64,000 nt of DNA from Macrostomum lignano. Taxonomy: Eukaryota. This document shows positions 14,700-27,169 of the stretch, piece by piece; position 1 is the first letter of the stretch; every line of letters starts with the position of its first letter. The stretch is taken from assembly GCA_002269645.1 (NCBI GenBank), contig NIVC01003008.1, positions 1 to 64,000 on the forward strand, written 5' to 3'. Position numbers and translations under genes: made by a program. Below the pieces are notes generated by a model that ran no database searches, was not told the origin of the DNA, and saw only the letters and a program-made list of their open reading frames with translations.

Positions 14700-15270
14700 C
14701 TACACTTCTCCCACATCTACCTCTCCTCTGTCTACCTCTCCCATATCTACTTCTCCCACATCTACCTCTCCTCTGTCTACCTCTCCCATATCTACTTCTC
14801 CCACATCTACCTCTCCTCTGTCTACTTCTCCCATATCTACTTCACCCATATCTACCTCTCCTCTATCTACCTCTCCCATATCTACTTCTCCCATATCTAC
14901 CTCTCCTCTACCCGTTGGCTTGCATAAGACCGAAATTTCACATCGTAGAGAACTAAATAAAACAAGGACCATGCAGAATTTTCGGCGTTGTGAAATTTCG
15001 GTCTTATGAAGCCCCTCCCCTCTACCTGCCTCTCCCACATCAACCTCTCTAGTATCTACCTCGCCATTATCTACCTCTGCCCTATCTACCTCTACCCTAT
15101 CTACCTCTCCTATATCTACTTTCTTATATATACCTCTGTCATATCTACCTCTCTCATATCTACCTCTCCCCTATCTACCTCTCTCCTATCTACCTCTACC
15201 TTATCTACCTCTCCCCTATCGACTTTTTCCTATCTACCTTCCAATATCTACCTCTCCATTATCTACCGCA
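14700..15270. repeat. 15-bp ATCTACCTCTCCC-type minisatellite in two blocks (14700-14910, 15030-15270)
   Basis: Direct reading. Confidence 0.9.
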
Positions 15271-15944
15271 GCCCTAACTACTCTTAAACCTTCGCTCAAA
15301 GGAGATTCTCTCTATTTGTTTCATGTCTTAAGCGGTAACCCGTTTGAATTTAGGACTTCACAGTGTGGCAATATTGAAGTGTCCCAGATACATGACGCGG
15401 AACAGACCCAGGCAGAAATTGGATCTCTTGAACCGCTCCAAAGCTCCCTAGTTCGTGTCCGTCAATGCACAATCTTTCTATTTTTTTCATAATAACAATA
15501 TGCCCCGAAGGGCCTCTCAGAAATCCTGTATTCCAGCTGATTGCATAATCACAGGCATGTGAGAATATCCAAGCTAGGATGCATCACAAACACACACACC
15601 TCAGTTTCTATTTAATCTCCTTCTCTCCATTGTTTGCTCAGATGTGGTTTTCGGTGCGTGTGTGTTTAATCTTTAGCATCAATATTCGAGAGTCGGATTG
15701 GGTAACCAAGGGAAGGCACCTTGGCAGCAGTGATGTCACAGTGTGATGAGACACTTCAAGGCAAAGACTGCTTTGTCAGGTGTCAATGACTGACAAAACA
15801 GTAATAGGAGAGAGAAGACTGACACAGTTTTATAAGCCGTTGCTCTCCACGGATGGTTGAGCGTGAATGTCCCGAGTCCGAGATGATTGCTAGCTGATGT
15901 ATCATGTAGGCTTCGAAAAAAATTGAAAGTGATGCAGACAGACA

Positions 15945-16445
15945 CTGAAACAGACAGACTAGATGCTAAGACACTGACAGACAAAAATATAGACAGAGAT
16001 ATATACTAAGACATATTGACTGACCCTTGCGATATTAAGAAAGACACACAGACACATAGACAGACAAATAGACAGACAAATAGACAGACAAATAGACTGA
16101 CACATAGACTAACACATAGACAGACACATAGACTGACACATAGACAGACATAGAGACACATAGACTGACACATAGAGACACATAGACTGACACAGACAGA
16201 CACATAGACAGACACATAGAGACACATAGACAGACACATAGACAGACACATAAACAGACACATAGACTGACTCATAGACAGACACATATACTGACACATA
16301 GACACATAGACTGACACATAGACAGACACATAGACAGACACATAAACAGACACATAGACTGACTCATAGACAGACACATATACTGACACATAGACACAGA
16401 CAGAAACATTGACAGACACTAAGACACATAACCTAGAAAGACACA
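15945..16445. repeat. ~12-bp GACACATAGACA minisatellite
   Basis: Direct reading. Confidence 0.9.
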
Positions 16446-17268
16446 CAGACACTAAGGAAGCCAGTAAAAAAATAACTGAATCTTTCCTACCTACGAGTAC
16501 AATTACATATTTCTTGATTCTCATATTCCTATATGGAATAGAAGGACTACGTTATTTTGTATCAATATTTTTAATAAGCAATTGTATACCCCAAACAGGA
16601 CCATCATACCCCAAAAATTAAGGCTGGTATTATAATATAAGGGTAGGCAGAGCCCAGTTCGACACTGTATGAAAGCCACACTAAAATTCTAAAAATAAGT
16701 CTGCTTGTTGGGTAGGTGCTTGCACGGGAATAAAATTGTCCCTTCAACTTGTCAACAGGTGGAACCCCGCCTCATCGTAAAATGGGGCTGCTCTCCACCC
16801 CCACCTCCCCTCATTGCCCCATCACACATCTCAAACTCTTTAAACTTCCATCCGCGGATGCTGGTATTAACAAAGTTGCAATTGGTAGCAATAATAGTTG
16901 GTATATGCATAGATAGTAACAAAAATATTATTAACGAGTCGTATAGAAATCTCAATTTATGAAAGACTGACGGACGCACTGCAATCGGCTCTTCTGGACG
17001 CAATTTCAGAAACGATAAAAACTGCTGCTTTTTGAGCAGTGCGTGTGACAGCGGGTTTGAGCTCTGTGGCTGTGGGGCAGGCAGCTCATTAATTATTAAT
17101 CATCTCCGATGAGGGCAGGGCGGTGAAACTGCTTCCCAGATCCTGTCTTTCTCTGCCTCTGCAGCAATCAGCCAATCAACTGGTGAGACAATCGGACCCC
17201 CCCCCCTCGGATGGGTTGCGGCTGCGGGCCCTCTGTTCTTCTGGCTAGGGGTTGAGACCTCCTAGTGG

Positions 17269-17544
<276 letters not shown>

Positions 17545-17796
17545 TGCTTCCAATCCAGAAGACTATACTATCAGGTGTCCCTGGCGTTCACCAGTCCATC
17601 CAGTTCAGCCATACCCTGCATTGCTTTCAGCATCTCTTATTTCCAGTTTTGCATTCTCTGGACTTCAAAACTGCCTGCACGCAGCGGCTCTCGCAGCCCC
17701 AGTGAAGCCGCCTTCGGCGGGGACCGGAAAAAGCGCAAAATTAAAAAAAGAGATCCAGGCTTCATCAAGCCCACAGCAACTACTAAAAAAACTTAC

Positions 17797-17881
17797 CGCC
17801 AGAAATGAAGCAGGAACAGAAGCTGAAAAAGCAGAACAGCCCGATAGGTGCCGATAGAAGCAATTGTTGCAGACGAGTCAT
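17797..17881 (-). CDS. Gene 2 coding exon 1: signal peptide MTRLQQLLLSAPIGLFCFFSFCSCFISG
   Basis: ATG at 17881, a hydrophobic core, and a perfect donor GGCG|gtaagt in phase 1 that matches the phase-1 acceptor at 13843. An upstream acceptor (ttccacag|) lies at 17913. Confidence 0.72.
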
Positions 17882-18260
17882 TGCTGCTGCTGCTGCTGCT
17901 GCTGAACCTGCTCCTGTGGAAGCAGACGAGGGAGAGAGAGAGAGCAAAGGTTAGATATGAGGAAAAATATCGCAGCAGAACAGAATCTGCAACATGTAAC
18001 AGAATAATGGGTTAGCCAGGAGAGACACCGACTGCATGCCCCTACAGTGTGACTTTATACAGTTTATGAAAGAAAAATTAATCGCATAAATTTCTGGTGC
18101 AACTGTGCCGCCCGCACAAGATCAGTCTCGGTAGTCGCATTAATTCTATCGGATTGACTGCACAGCTTAAGGCTTAACAGCTTTGGCCTGGAATTGTCAG
18201 GAACCTCCACTTTCAATATTTTCATTGCCCCCACCCACTACATGCTTCACAACTGCACAA

Positions 18261-18966
18261 AACCTAAACTTCAGACCTAAACTACACAAGACCTAAACTT
18301 CAGACCTAAACTACACACAAGACCTAAACTATACAAGACCTAAACTACACAAGACCTAATCTACACAAGACCTAAACTACACAAGACCTAAAATACACAA
18401 GACCTAATCTACACAAGACCTAAACTTCAGACCTAATCTACACAAGACCTAAACTACACAACACCTAAACTACTCAAGACCTAATCTACACAAGACCTAA
18501 ACTACACAAGACCTAATCTACACAAGACCTAAACTACACAAGACCTAAACTACACAAGACCTGAACTACACAAGACCTAAACTACACAAGACCTAAACTA
18601 CACAAGACCTAATCTACACAAGACCTAAACTACACAAGACCTAAACTACACAAGACCTAAACTACACAAGACCTAAACTACACAAGACCTGAACTACACA
18701 AGACCTAAACTACACAAGACCTAAACTACACAAGACCTAAACTACTCAAGACCTAATCTACACAAGACCTAAACTACACAAGACCTAATCTACACAAGAC
18801 CTGAACTACACAAGACCTAAACTACTCAAGACCTAAACTACACAAGACCTAAACTACACAAGACCTAAACTACTCAAGACCTAAACTACACAAGACCTAA
18901 ACTACACAACACCTAAACTACTCAAGACCTAAACTACACAAGACCTAAACTACACAAGACCTAAAC
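18261..18966. repeat. 16-bp minisatellite (AGACCTAAACTACACA)
   Basis: Direct reading. Confidence 0.97.
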
Positions 18967-19743
18967 CCCTTACTATCTGGACAAGATTCTGGATAAATTC
19001 CAAACCGCAAAACAGATTTTGTCAAAGTTGGTCGGGATCTTGAAAATTAGTGAAGCAGAAAACTTTTTCTTCATTTTGCTTTGCTTTTTTTGTTAGGAAA
19101 TAAAAAATGCGTGTTCCGTGTCAAAAGTTTGGCTAGATAAACTTCTATTTTTACTAAGCCTTCACTCAGCATTATAGAAACCCATCGATAACTTAGCTCG
19201 TACTATACTTATTTAATATCAGTGAATCATACTGCTTATACGGCTATCAGGCCTCGTTCACGCCTGACTGGAAAACTCTCGACAGCCCCACTTGGCACCT
19301 CTTCAGTTCCACTCTGAGATGAGATTTCAGCTTATGCGGAATCTAAACTGTAAGTTCAGCTATGGGGCCTCTTTCCCTAGATTCACGCTGTGAAACTTCA
19401 TCCAGGAAGCTATTCCAAGCGTGAAGTGACACCACAGGACTGCCTTTTGGTGTGTGTCTCTCCCTCTCTGAACTTGATAATTGTATTAATAAACAAAAGT
19501 GAACAGTCAGATTGATCCGCTGATGAGGATGAACCATCATAAATCTATTAAATGCATTGGGGATGCTGACTAAAGCTTTTTAATTGCGCTGATGCTATTT
19601 TAGCATATCTAAAGGTAAAACTGTGGATTTGATGGAGCTGTGCGTTCTGAAACTGCATGACCAAGTCAAAAAACAGAGTTTTTCAGGCTTTTTTAGTTGG
19701 GTTTTATATGGCAGGGTGTTGTTTTCTGAAGAATGCTCAGTTT

Positions 19744-20737
19744 GGATCTAAGAGGGTGTCATCTGGGATCTGAGAGGGTGTCATTTGGGGATCTGAGAGG
19801 GTGTCATTTGGGGATCTGAGAGGGTGTCATCTGGGGATCTGAGAGGGTGTCATTTGGGGATCTGAGAGGGTGTCATCTGGGATCTGAGAGGGTGTCACGT
19901 AGGGATCTGAGAGGGTGTCATTTGGGTATCTGAGAGGGTGTCATTTGGAGATCTGAGAGGGTGTCATTTGGGGATCTGAGAGGGTGTCATTTTGGGGATC
20001 TGAGAGGGTGTTATTTGGAGATCTGAGAGGGTGTCATCTGGGGATCTGAGAGGGTGTCATTTGGAGATCTGAGAGGGTGTCATCTGGGGATCTGAGAGGG
20101 TGTCATTTGGGGATCTGAGAGGGTGTCATTTGGGGATCTGAGAGGGTGTCATTTGGAGATCTGAGAGGGTGTCATCTGGGGATCTGAAAGGGTGTCATTT
20201 GGGGATCTGAGAGGGTGCCATTTGGGATCTGAGAGGGTGTCATCTGGGGATCTGAGAGGGTGTCATCTGGGGATCTGAGAGGGTGTCATCTGGGGATCTG
20301 AGAGGGTGTCATCTGGGGATCTCAGAGGGTGTCACGTAGGGATCTGAGAGGGTGTCATTTGGGGATCTGAGAGGGTGTCATTTGGGGATCTGAGAGGGTG
20401 TCATTTTGGGGATCTGAGAGGGTGTCATTTGGAGATCTGAGAGGGTGTCATCTGGGGATCTGAGAGGGTGTCATTTGGGGATCTGAGAGGGTGTCATTTG
20501 GGGATCTGAGAGGGTGTCATTTGGAGATCTGAGAGGGTGTCATCTGGGATCTGAGAGGGTGTCATTTGGGGATCTGAGAGGGTGTCATTTGGAGATCTGA
20601 GAGGGTGTCATCTGGGGATCTGAGAGGGTGTCATCTGGGGATCTGAGAGGGTGTCACGTAGGGATCTGAGAGGGTGTCATTTGGGATCTGAGAGGGTGTC
20701 ATCTGGGGATCTGAGAGGGTGTCATTTGGAGATCTGA
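19744..20737 (+). repeat. 22-23-bp minisatellite (GGGATCTGAGAGGGTGTCATTTG), left arm of an inverted pair
   Basis: Direct reading. Confidence 0.97.
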
Positions 20738-21339
20738 CGTTGTAAATTACGGCATTCTCGCATTACTGAGCACAACTCAAAATAAGCCACAACAATAAAA
20801 GAGTCATCATATGAACAAAAAAGTGCGAAACCTAACGAACTGCTGAAGCAGAAACTGGAGGAAAAGAAGAAATTCACACGGTTGCTCGTAAACTCTCCCG
20901 TCATGTTATTGTTTTGTTGCATTTTTCTGCTTCTTTACTTTCGCGCGCGGTTTTTATTGCTTTTAATTCCGGGGGGGGGGCGGCCGGTATCTGGGGTAGG
21001 CCCCAGGGGAGACACAGCTTTTCTGAATGCACACTGAAGGAAACTGGCTGACTCACACGTCTCGCTCGGTTTTCAAAACTGTTAAAATTTATTGTACTGT
21101 ACTTATGTGTGCGGCGAAATCAATGAGGTTGCTTTGTCAAAATGATAAAGTGCTGGCGTAAGTAAGTTAACTGCGCATATTAGTAGCGTTGCTGACTTGA
21201 AAATTTTCGAAAAAACACAATTTATGCTGTTATGCTAAGTTTCTACACTTTATCTGAATGGTTTGCTTTAAAAATTAAATTTATAAAGCTAATATCCTTC
21301 TTTTAAAAATGAAATTGGTAGGATTGGGAGTTTGGGAGA

Positions 21340-21590
21340 GAGGGACAGAAGTAGACAGAGGGAGAGGGAGGGAAGAGAGAGAGAGAGAGAGGGAGAGGGA
21401 GGAAAGAGAGAGCGGGAGAGAGGGAGAGGGAGGAAAGAGAGAGCGGGAGAGAGGGAGAGGGAGGGAGAGAGGGGGAGAGAGAGGGGGAGAGGGGGGAGAA
21501 AGGCGAGAGAGAGAGAGAGAGAGGAAGAGAGGGGGAGAGAGAGGGGGAGAGAGAGGGGAGAGAGGGGAGAGAGAGGGGAGAAGAGAGAGC
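21340..21590. repeat. GA-rich low-complexity tract
   Basis: Direct reading. Confidence 0.9.
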
Positions 21591-22006
21591 CTACAGCACA
21601 CGCTGTGATAATTCAGAAATGGCTAAAGCACTGACTATATGTGTCCAACTCCTAGTGAGGGGGCACCTATGCATGCTGATGAAGAGCCACGGAAACTGCC
21701 TCCAGACTCCACGCAAGACCCGCACTCCAGTTGAGCTGGTTTTCAGTGCCATCAGGAGTGGAACAACTTAAGAAAGGAGCTGTGGTTTATTATTCAAGTT
21801 TTATGGATGCCCCGCCCAGAAATTTGTTGAAGTAGTCTCTTAAGCTGCCTCTTGTTCTACTGTTTCTGGCATAAGATTCTAATTAATTTATGATTACAAA
21901 ATGCGAATTGATAATTACTGAATGACTGGAAGTGGATTTTGGTTAAACTGATGTGTGACATGTTCTTAACGGTGTCAATTGACAAGTGAAATTTATAGCT
22001 GGCAGG

Positions 22007-22757
22007 TGACACCCTCTCAGATCCACAAATGACACCCTTTCATATCCCCAAATGACACCCTCTCAGATCCACAAATGACACCCTTTCAGATCCCCAAATG
22101 ACACCCTCTCAGATCCCCAAATGACACCCTCTCAGATCCATAAATGACACCCTCTCGGATCCCAAAATGACACCTTCTCAGATCCCCAAAATGACACCCT
22201 CTCAGATGCATAAATGACACCCTCTCGGATCCCAAAATGACACCCTCTCAGATCCCCAAAATGACACCCTCTCAGATCCATAAATGACACCCTCTCAGAT
22301 CCATAAATGACACCCTCTCGGATCCCCAAAATGACACCCTCTCAGATCCATAAATGACACCCTCTCGGATCCCCAAAATGACACCCTCTCAGATCCCCAA
22401 AATGACACCCTCTCAGATCCATAAATGACACCCTCTCGGATCCCCAAAATGACACCCTCTCAGATCCATAAATGACACCCTCTCGGATCCCCAAAATGAC
22501 ACCCTCTCAGATCCATAAATGACACCCTCTCAGATCCCCAAATGACACCCTCTCAGATACCCAAATGACACCCTCTCAGATCCCCAAAATGACACCCTCT
22601 CAGATCCATAAATGACACCCTCTCAGATCCATAAATGACACCCTCTCAGATCCCCAAATGACACCCTCTCAGATACCCAAATGACACCCTCTCAGATACC
22701 CAAATGACACCCTCTCAGATACCCAAATGACACCCTCTCAGATCCCCAAATGACCTC
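22007..22757 (-). repeat. Same 22-23-bp minisatellite in reverse orientation (right arm)
   Basis: CAAATGACACCCTCTCAGATCCC is the reverse complement of the 19744-20737 unit. Confidence 0.97.
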
Positions 22758-23443
22758 TTTTGCTCAAGGAAACATGCATTCATGCAACAACACTCTGCTG
22801 GCAAGTACAGCACCCAAACACATGTGTCTCCACCCAAGAAGTTAGTTAAGCCCACCGAGCATTCGACATGCGCGTTAAGAAATTGAATTTGACCTCGTCA
22901 AAAAAATGAGAGAGACAGGGGATGAATTGTATATTGGCTGCTCTGCTCAAAAGCCCAGCTCAGGAAATTAGGTTGCTGACTGACTGAGCTTGTATTTTGG
23001 TCTTCTTCTCCCAGTGCGAGTGCGGACCCCTTCGGCTCAGGGTTTCGTATTAAACCGAGCAGTCGTTTCCTATAAAGCCTGTTATAATTCTTAATTAGTC
23101 GGGCTGGTCATGGAAAGGTTAATCACTGCATGCAGGAAGTTCGTCTGTTCTTCCATAATAAATGTCTTTCTACTTTGCACATGGTTACGAATATTTCACT
23201 ATTAGGCCTCATTGTAAAATTATGATAATATTGATGATTTTTACTGCACAGTTATACATTGAGAAGGGGGAGAGCATTTTTACAGATTTTATGGCCAGAG
23301 ACGGCCATATATTGTTTAGAATAGTTAGACTATTTTGTTGTGCTAATTCTATGAAGTAATTCTGTAAAGTATTTCTATGCTGTTTAAACTGCTCTCTCTC
23401 TCTCTCTCTCGCTTCCTCTTCCTTTACTCTTTCCTCTCCTTCC

Positions 23444-23960
23444 ACCTCACCCTCTGCCTCACCCTCTCCCTCACCCTCTTCCTCACCCTCTGCCTCACCC
23501 TCTGCCTCATCCTTTCTCTCACCCTCTGCCTCACCCTCTCTCTCACCCTCTCCCTCACCCTTTCTCTCACCCTCTCCCTCACCCTCTGCCTCACCCTCTG
23601 CCTCACCCTTTCTCTCAACCTCTCCCTCACCCTCTCCCTCACCCTTTCTCTCACCCTCTCCCTCACCCTCTCCCTAACCCTCACCCTCTTCCTAACCCTC
23701 ACCCTCTCCCTAACCCTCACCCTCTCCCTCACCCTCTTTCTCACCCTCTCCCTCACCCTTTCTCTCACCCTCTCCCTCACCCTCTCCCTCACCCTCTTCC
23801 TCACCCTCTCCCTCACCCTCTAACTCACCCTCTTCCTCACCCTCTCCCTCACCTTTTCCCTCAGACTCTACCTCATCCTCTCCATCTCCATCTCTCTGTC
23901 TCCTTAACTCTCCATCTCACTCTCCCTCTCCCTCTCCCTCTCTCTGTCTCTCCTTACCTC
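23444..23960. repeat. 12-bp minisatellite (CTCACCCTCTCC)
   Basis: Direct reading. Confidence 0.95.
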
Positions 23961-24495
23961 TCCATCTCACTCTCCCTCTGCCTCTCCCCCACCCTCAAGC
24001 CTCAACTTACGCTCTCCCTTGCCCTCTTATTTACCCTCCTAACCTCTCATACGCTTCACTTCTAAAAAGCACCAGGCTTATTACGAATATTACGAAAAAC
24101 GAAGGTTAATTACATGAAATGGAAAGTCACATCCGTCTTTATAGACTCTTACCTCTATTTATCCAGATGAAGCCCAGTTTCGTTGATAGCTTGTAACAGT
24201 GATCCTCCCTCAGTTAGATACGGTATTGCTAGTAAGTTTTTTATGCAAAACCTTCATTTAGTAGTGCTGCTGATTATCTGTTGCTGGCTGCTACTTGGCT
24301 GACTGTTAATATAAATTCTAATATGAAAATGTTAAAAGCCTAAAAAATAGGCTTTTTCTGTTTTTAGAGAAAAATTCCCACGATAAAGTGGAGTTTGCAA
24401 CGATCACCGCCGCCTCTTACCTTTTTTAGCACAATGTCCTGGCTTTTTATTATTTGAGGCCGGGAGGGCTGCTTCATACAGCCAGCTGCAATATC

Positions 24496-24518
24496 ATTGG
24501 CTCCGATCGCTGACCAAT
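24496..24518 (-). promoter_or_regulatory. Inverted CCAAT-box pair; candidate promoter of gene 2
   Basis: ATTGG at 24496-24500 and CCAAT at 24514-24518. A strong minus-strand donor AAAG|gtaaga lies at 24421/24420. Confidence 0.3.
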
Positions 24519-24714
24519 GAGAGTGCAGGAAACGGGCCTGGATACTAAACTAGGCCTAAGGCGGAAATAAACTACTCCAGCTCCAGAAGTCTCTCTATCC
24601 GGGCCGACTGCCCGAGGGCCCTTTGAAACTTCACAGTAACAATACGGCCTGCTCAGTCAGGGTTTGTGTCTCTTCTCACCTCTCTCCTGTCTAATCTTCT
24701 AATTCTCCTCTCCA

Positions 24715-24880
24715 TTCTCGCATCTCTCCTCTCCTCTCCTCTGCTCTCCTCTGCTCTCCTCTCCTCCCCTCTCCTCTCCTCTCCTCTCCTCTGCTCTCCT
24801 CTCCTCTCCTCTCCTCTCCTCTCCTCTCCTCCCCTCTCCTCACCTCTCCTTTTCTCCTTTTCCTTCTCCTTCTCTCTCTT
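24715..24880. repeat. (CTCTC)n pentamer tract
   Basis: Direct reading. Confidence 0.9.
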
Positions 24881-25103
24881 CCTGTCTCCCTTGAGATGAA
24901 ATGTTTGCCGACATCTGAGTTAAGGCATGGATGACTTTATTTATGTAACGGGACAGGAAGTGAAATAAAAATAACAATTTTTTTCTGTTCTGTACAACAT
25001 GATGGGGGCAAAGCTTCTTTAATGCAAATGTGGGCTTCTGATGAAAGCGAGAAAACCATCTGGAAGATTTTGAGCCAACCAAGAATTCGAGAATCTGGAG
25101 CTA

Positions 25104-25620
25104 ATATTCACAATGGTGAGATTATCCAGACAAAGAGTCGGAATGGTGAGATTTTCAAGGCACAGATTCACAATGGTGAGATTTTCAAGGCACAGATTCA
25201 CAATGGTGAGATTATTCAGGCAGAGATTCACAATGGTGAGATTATCCAGTCAGAGATTCACCATGGTGAGATTATCCAGGCACAATATTCACAATGGTGA
25301 GATTATCAAGGCAAAGATTCACCATAGTGAGATTATCCAGACACAATATTCATAATGGTGAGATTATCAAGGCAGAGATTCACCATGGTGAGATTATCCA
25401 GACAGAGATTCACAATGGTGAGATTATCAAGGCAGAGATTCACAATGGTGAGATTATCAAGGCAGAGATTCACAATGGTGAGATTATCCAGGCACAGATT
25501 AACAATGCTGAGATTATCCAGGCAGAGATTCACAATGGTGAGATTATCCAGGCACAGATTAACAATGCTGAGATTATCCAGGCAGAGATTCACAATGGTG
25601 AGATTATCCAGGCGGAGAGT
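25104..25620. repeat. 30-bp minisatellite (CACAATGGTGAGATTATCCAGGCAGAGATT)
   Basis: About 17 copies; gives the 10-aa pseudo-ORFs. Confidence 0.95.
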
Positions 25621-25980
25621 CAAAATGAAAAGATTCTTTTAAAATAAAAAAACAAAGCTCAACTCTCATTTTTTTAAATAGAACTACTTTTCAAAAATTA
25701 GCAAACAGCAGTTTGATGCAGGCATATATTATCGTAGCTGTTTTGTTATGAGATTGTGCAGATTTGAGCACACCAATTTTTCTCAAAAAAATTATTTACA
25801 CAGAAGAATTCACTCGCACCAACACCGCTAAGTAAAGGGTAATTTCTGCAGTCAAATTAAATACAAACTCAAATATATGCGACTATGATAGAACAGACTT
25901 AGCTCGTAATAATAGTCAATTTAGATTGTAAATGCAATCAGTTTTGCCGCGAAAATTATATTCATCAGATACTACTAATA

Positions 25981-26090
25981 TTAAACCACTACTTCGTAGA
26001 CCACCCGTCTAGGGACTGTCTGCGGAGGCGGCGAGACGCTGGTGCTGAAGTAGCAGCCGCTGTCTGTGACGTCATCGGAGCAGTAGGATG
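25981..26090 (-). CDS. Gene 1 exon 12 (terminal): ASYCSDDVTDSGCYFSTSVSPPPQTVPRRVVYEVVV*
   Basis: Acceptor atttttcgcag|CATCC in phase 1; TAA at 25983-25981; class II-like PDZ-binding end. Confidence 0.88.
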
Positions 26091-26324
26091 CTGCGAAAAA
26101 TTAATGAATTTTACTTTTAATTATCTTCGCATTACTAAGCTTTGGTATTAAAATTCTTAACTGACTACTGACATCCGATGTGAGTAGGATGATAAACGCG
26201 CGTTCTGAATTGAATTTTTTTATTAAAAACTCTTTGGAAAAGAAAGTACACGGAGCCTAAATTATCGATTTTGAGAGATGATTTGTAGTTCTGGGACATA
26301 ACGGGACTTGAAGGATTAGCTGTA

Positions 26325-26510
26325 AAGGACTAGCGGGATCTGAAGGATCATCTGTAAAAAGGATTAGCGGGACCTCGAGGATCGACTGTGAAAAGGATTA
26401 GCGGGACCTCGAGGATCGACTGTGAAAAGGATTAGCGGGACCTCGAGGATCGAGTGTGAAAAGGATTAGCGGGACCTCGAGGATCGACTGTGAAAAGGAT
26501 TAGCGGGAGA
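26325..26510. repeat. 34-bp minisatellite in intron 11
   Basis: GCGGGACCTCGAGGATCGACTGTGAAAAGGATTA, about 4-5 copies. Confidence 0.9.
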
Positions 26511-26560
26511 TAAACGATCCCTACTGAAAAAGGGATTAGTAAACTCTGAAGAACTCTGAC

Positions 26561-26883
26561 CTTGATGAAGCTGATGCTGCACCAGCTGACTCTGGAGTCC
26601 AAGGCTGTACATCTGCGGCTGCTGCAGCTGAGGCACAGGACTCGTTGAGCTGCCATTCGTGCAGCTGAAACTGCCAGAATCCACACAAGTCTCCTGAGTC
26701 TGATTCGACGATCGATCGGTGAGCACTAATCCCCCAGCAACAGCTGAATTTGTCGAGTTTGAGCACACAAATTGGTCGGGAAGTTGAGGTCTCTGCCGTC
26801 GGATGCTGGCTGACTGGTGGCTCACCACGTGTACATGCAGCTCCGCGTCAGAGTTAGAAGTCTTTCGTTGAAGCCTTTGAAGA
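26561..26883 (-). CDS. Gene 1 exon 11: cytoplasmic domain (Ser/Gln-rich)
   Basis: Acceptor cattttcacag|TCTTC (phase 2) and donor CAAG|gtcaga (phase 1); HLQRLQRKTSNSDAEL...QHQLHQ. Confidence 0.8.
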
Positions 26884-27169
26884 CTGTGAAAATGATTACA
26901 GCGTACATGTGGCATTTGCTAGACAAATAGACCCCAACTGCAAAGAGTCTGGGTAAAGTCAGCTTAGTGGTCAACAGACTACTCCTGTCGCCCCCCCACT
27001 CCACTTCCACGGTTGCGCAAACATGATGTTTGACTGTGGGGCAAGCCTTTTTCCAAATTTTCTATTCTCACCTGCTCTGCACAGAGTCTAGCAAATCCCA
27101 TACATTCTATTTGCGTTTGGCTTTGCCTCATTGCTGATTCACCTGTTTCTAATTATCCTCGCGATATCC

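Noticed and set aside
19343-19440. LINE ORF2 C-terminal remnant (HAWNSFLDEV)
   Set aside because: Only a few matching residues, with no flanking RT signal or tail.
27072-27087. 16-nt microexon (QLCAEQ) in intron 10 that could join an in-frame acceptor at 26918
   Set aside because: The donor is strong but the pyrimidine tract is weak, several similar cryptic donors lie nearby, and exon 10 already joins exon 11 in frame.
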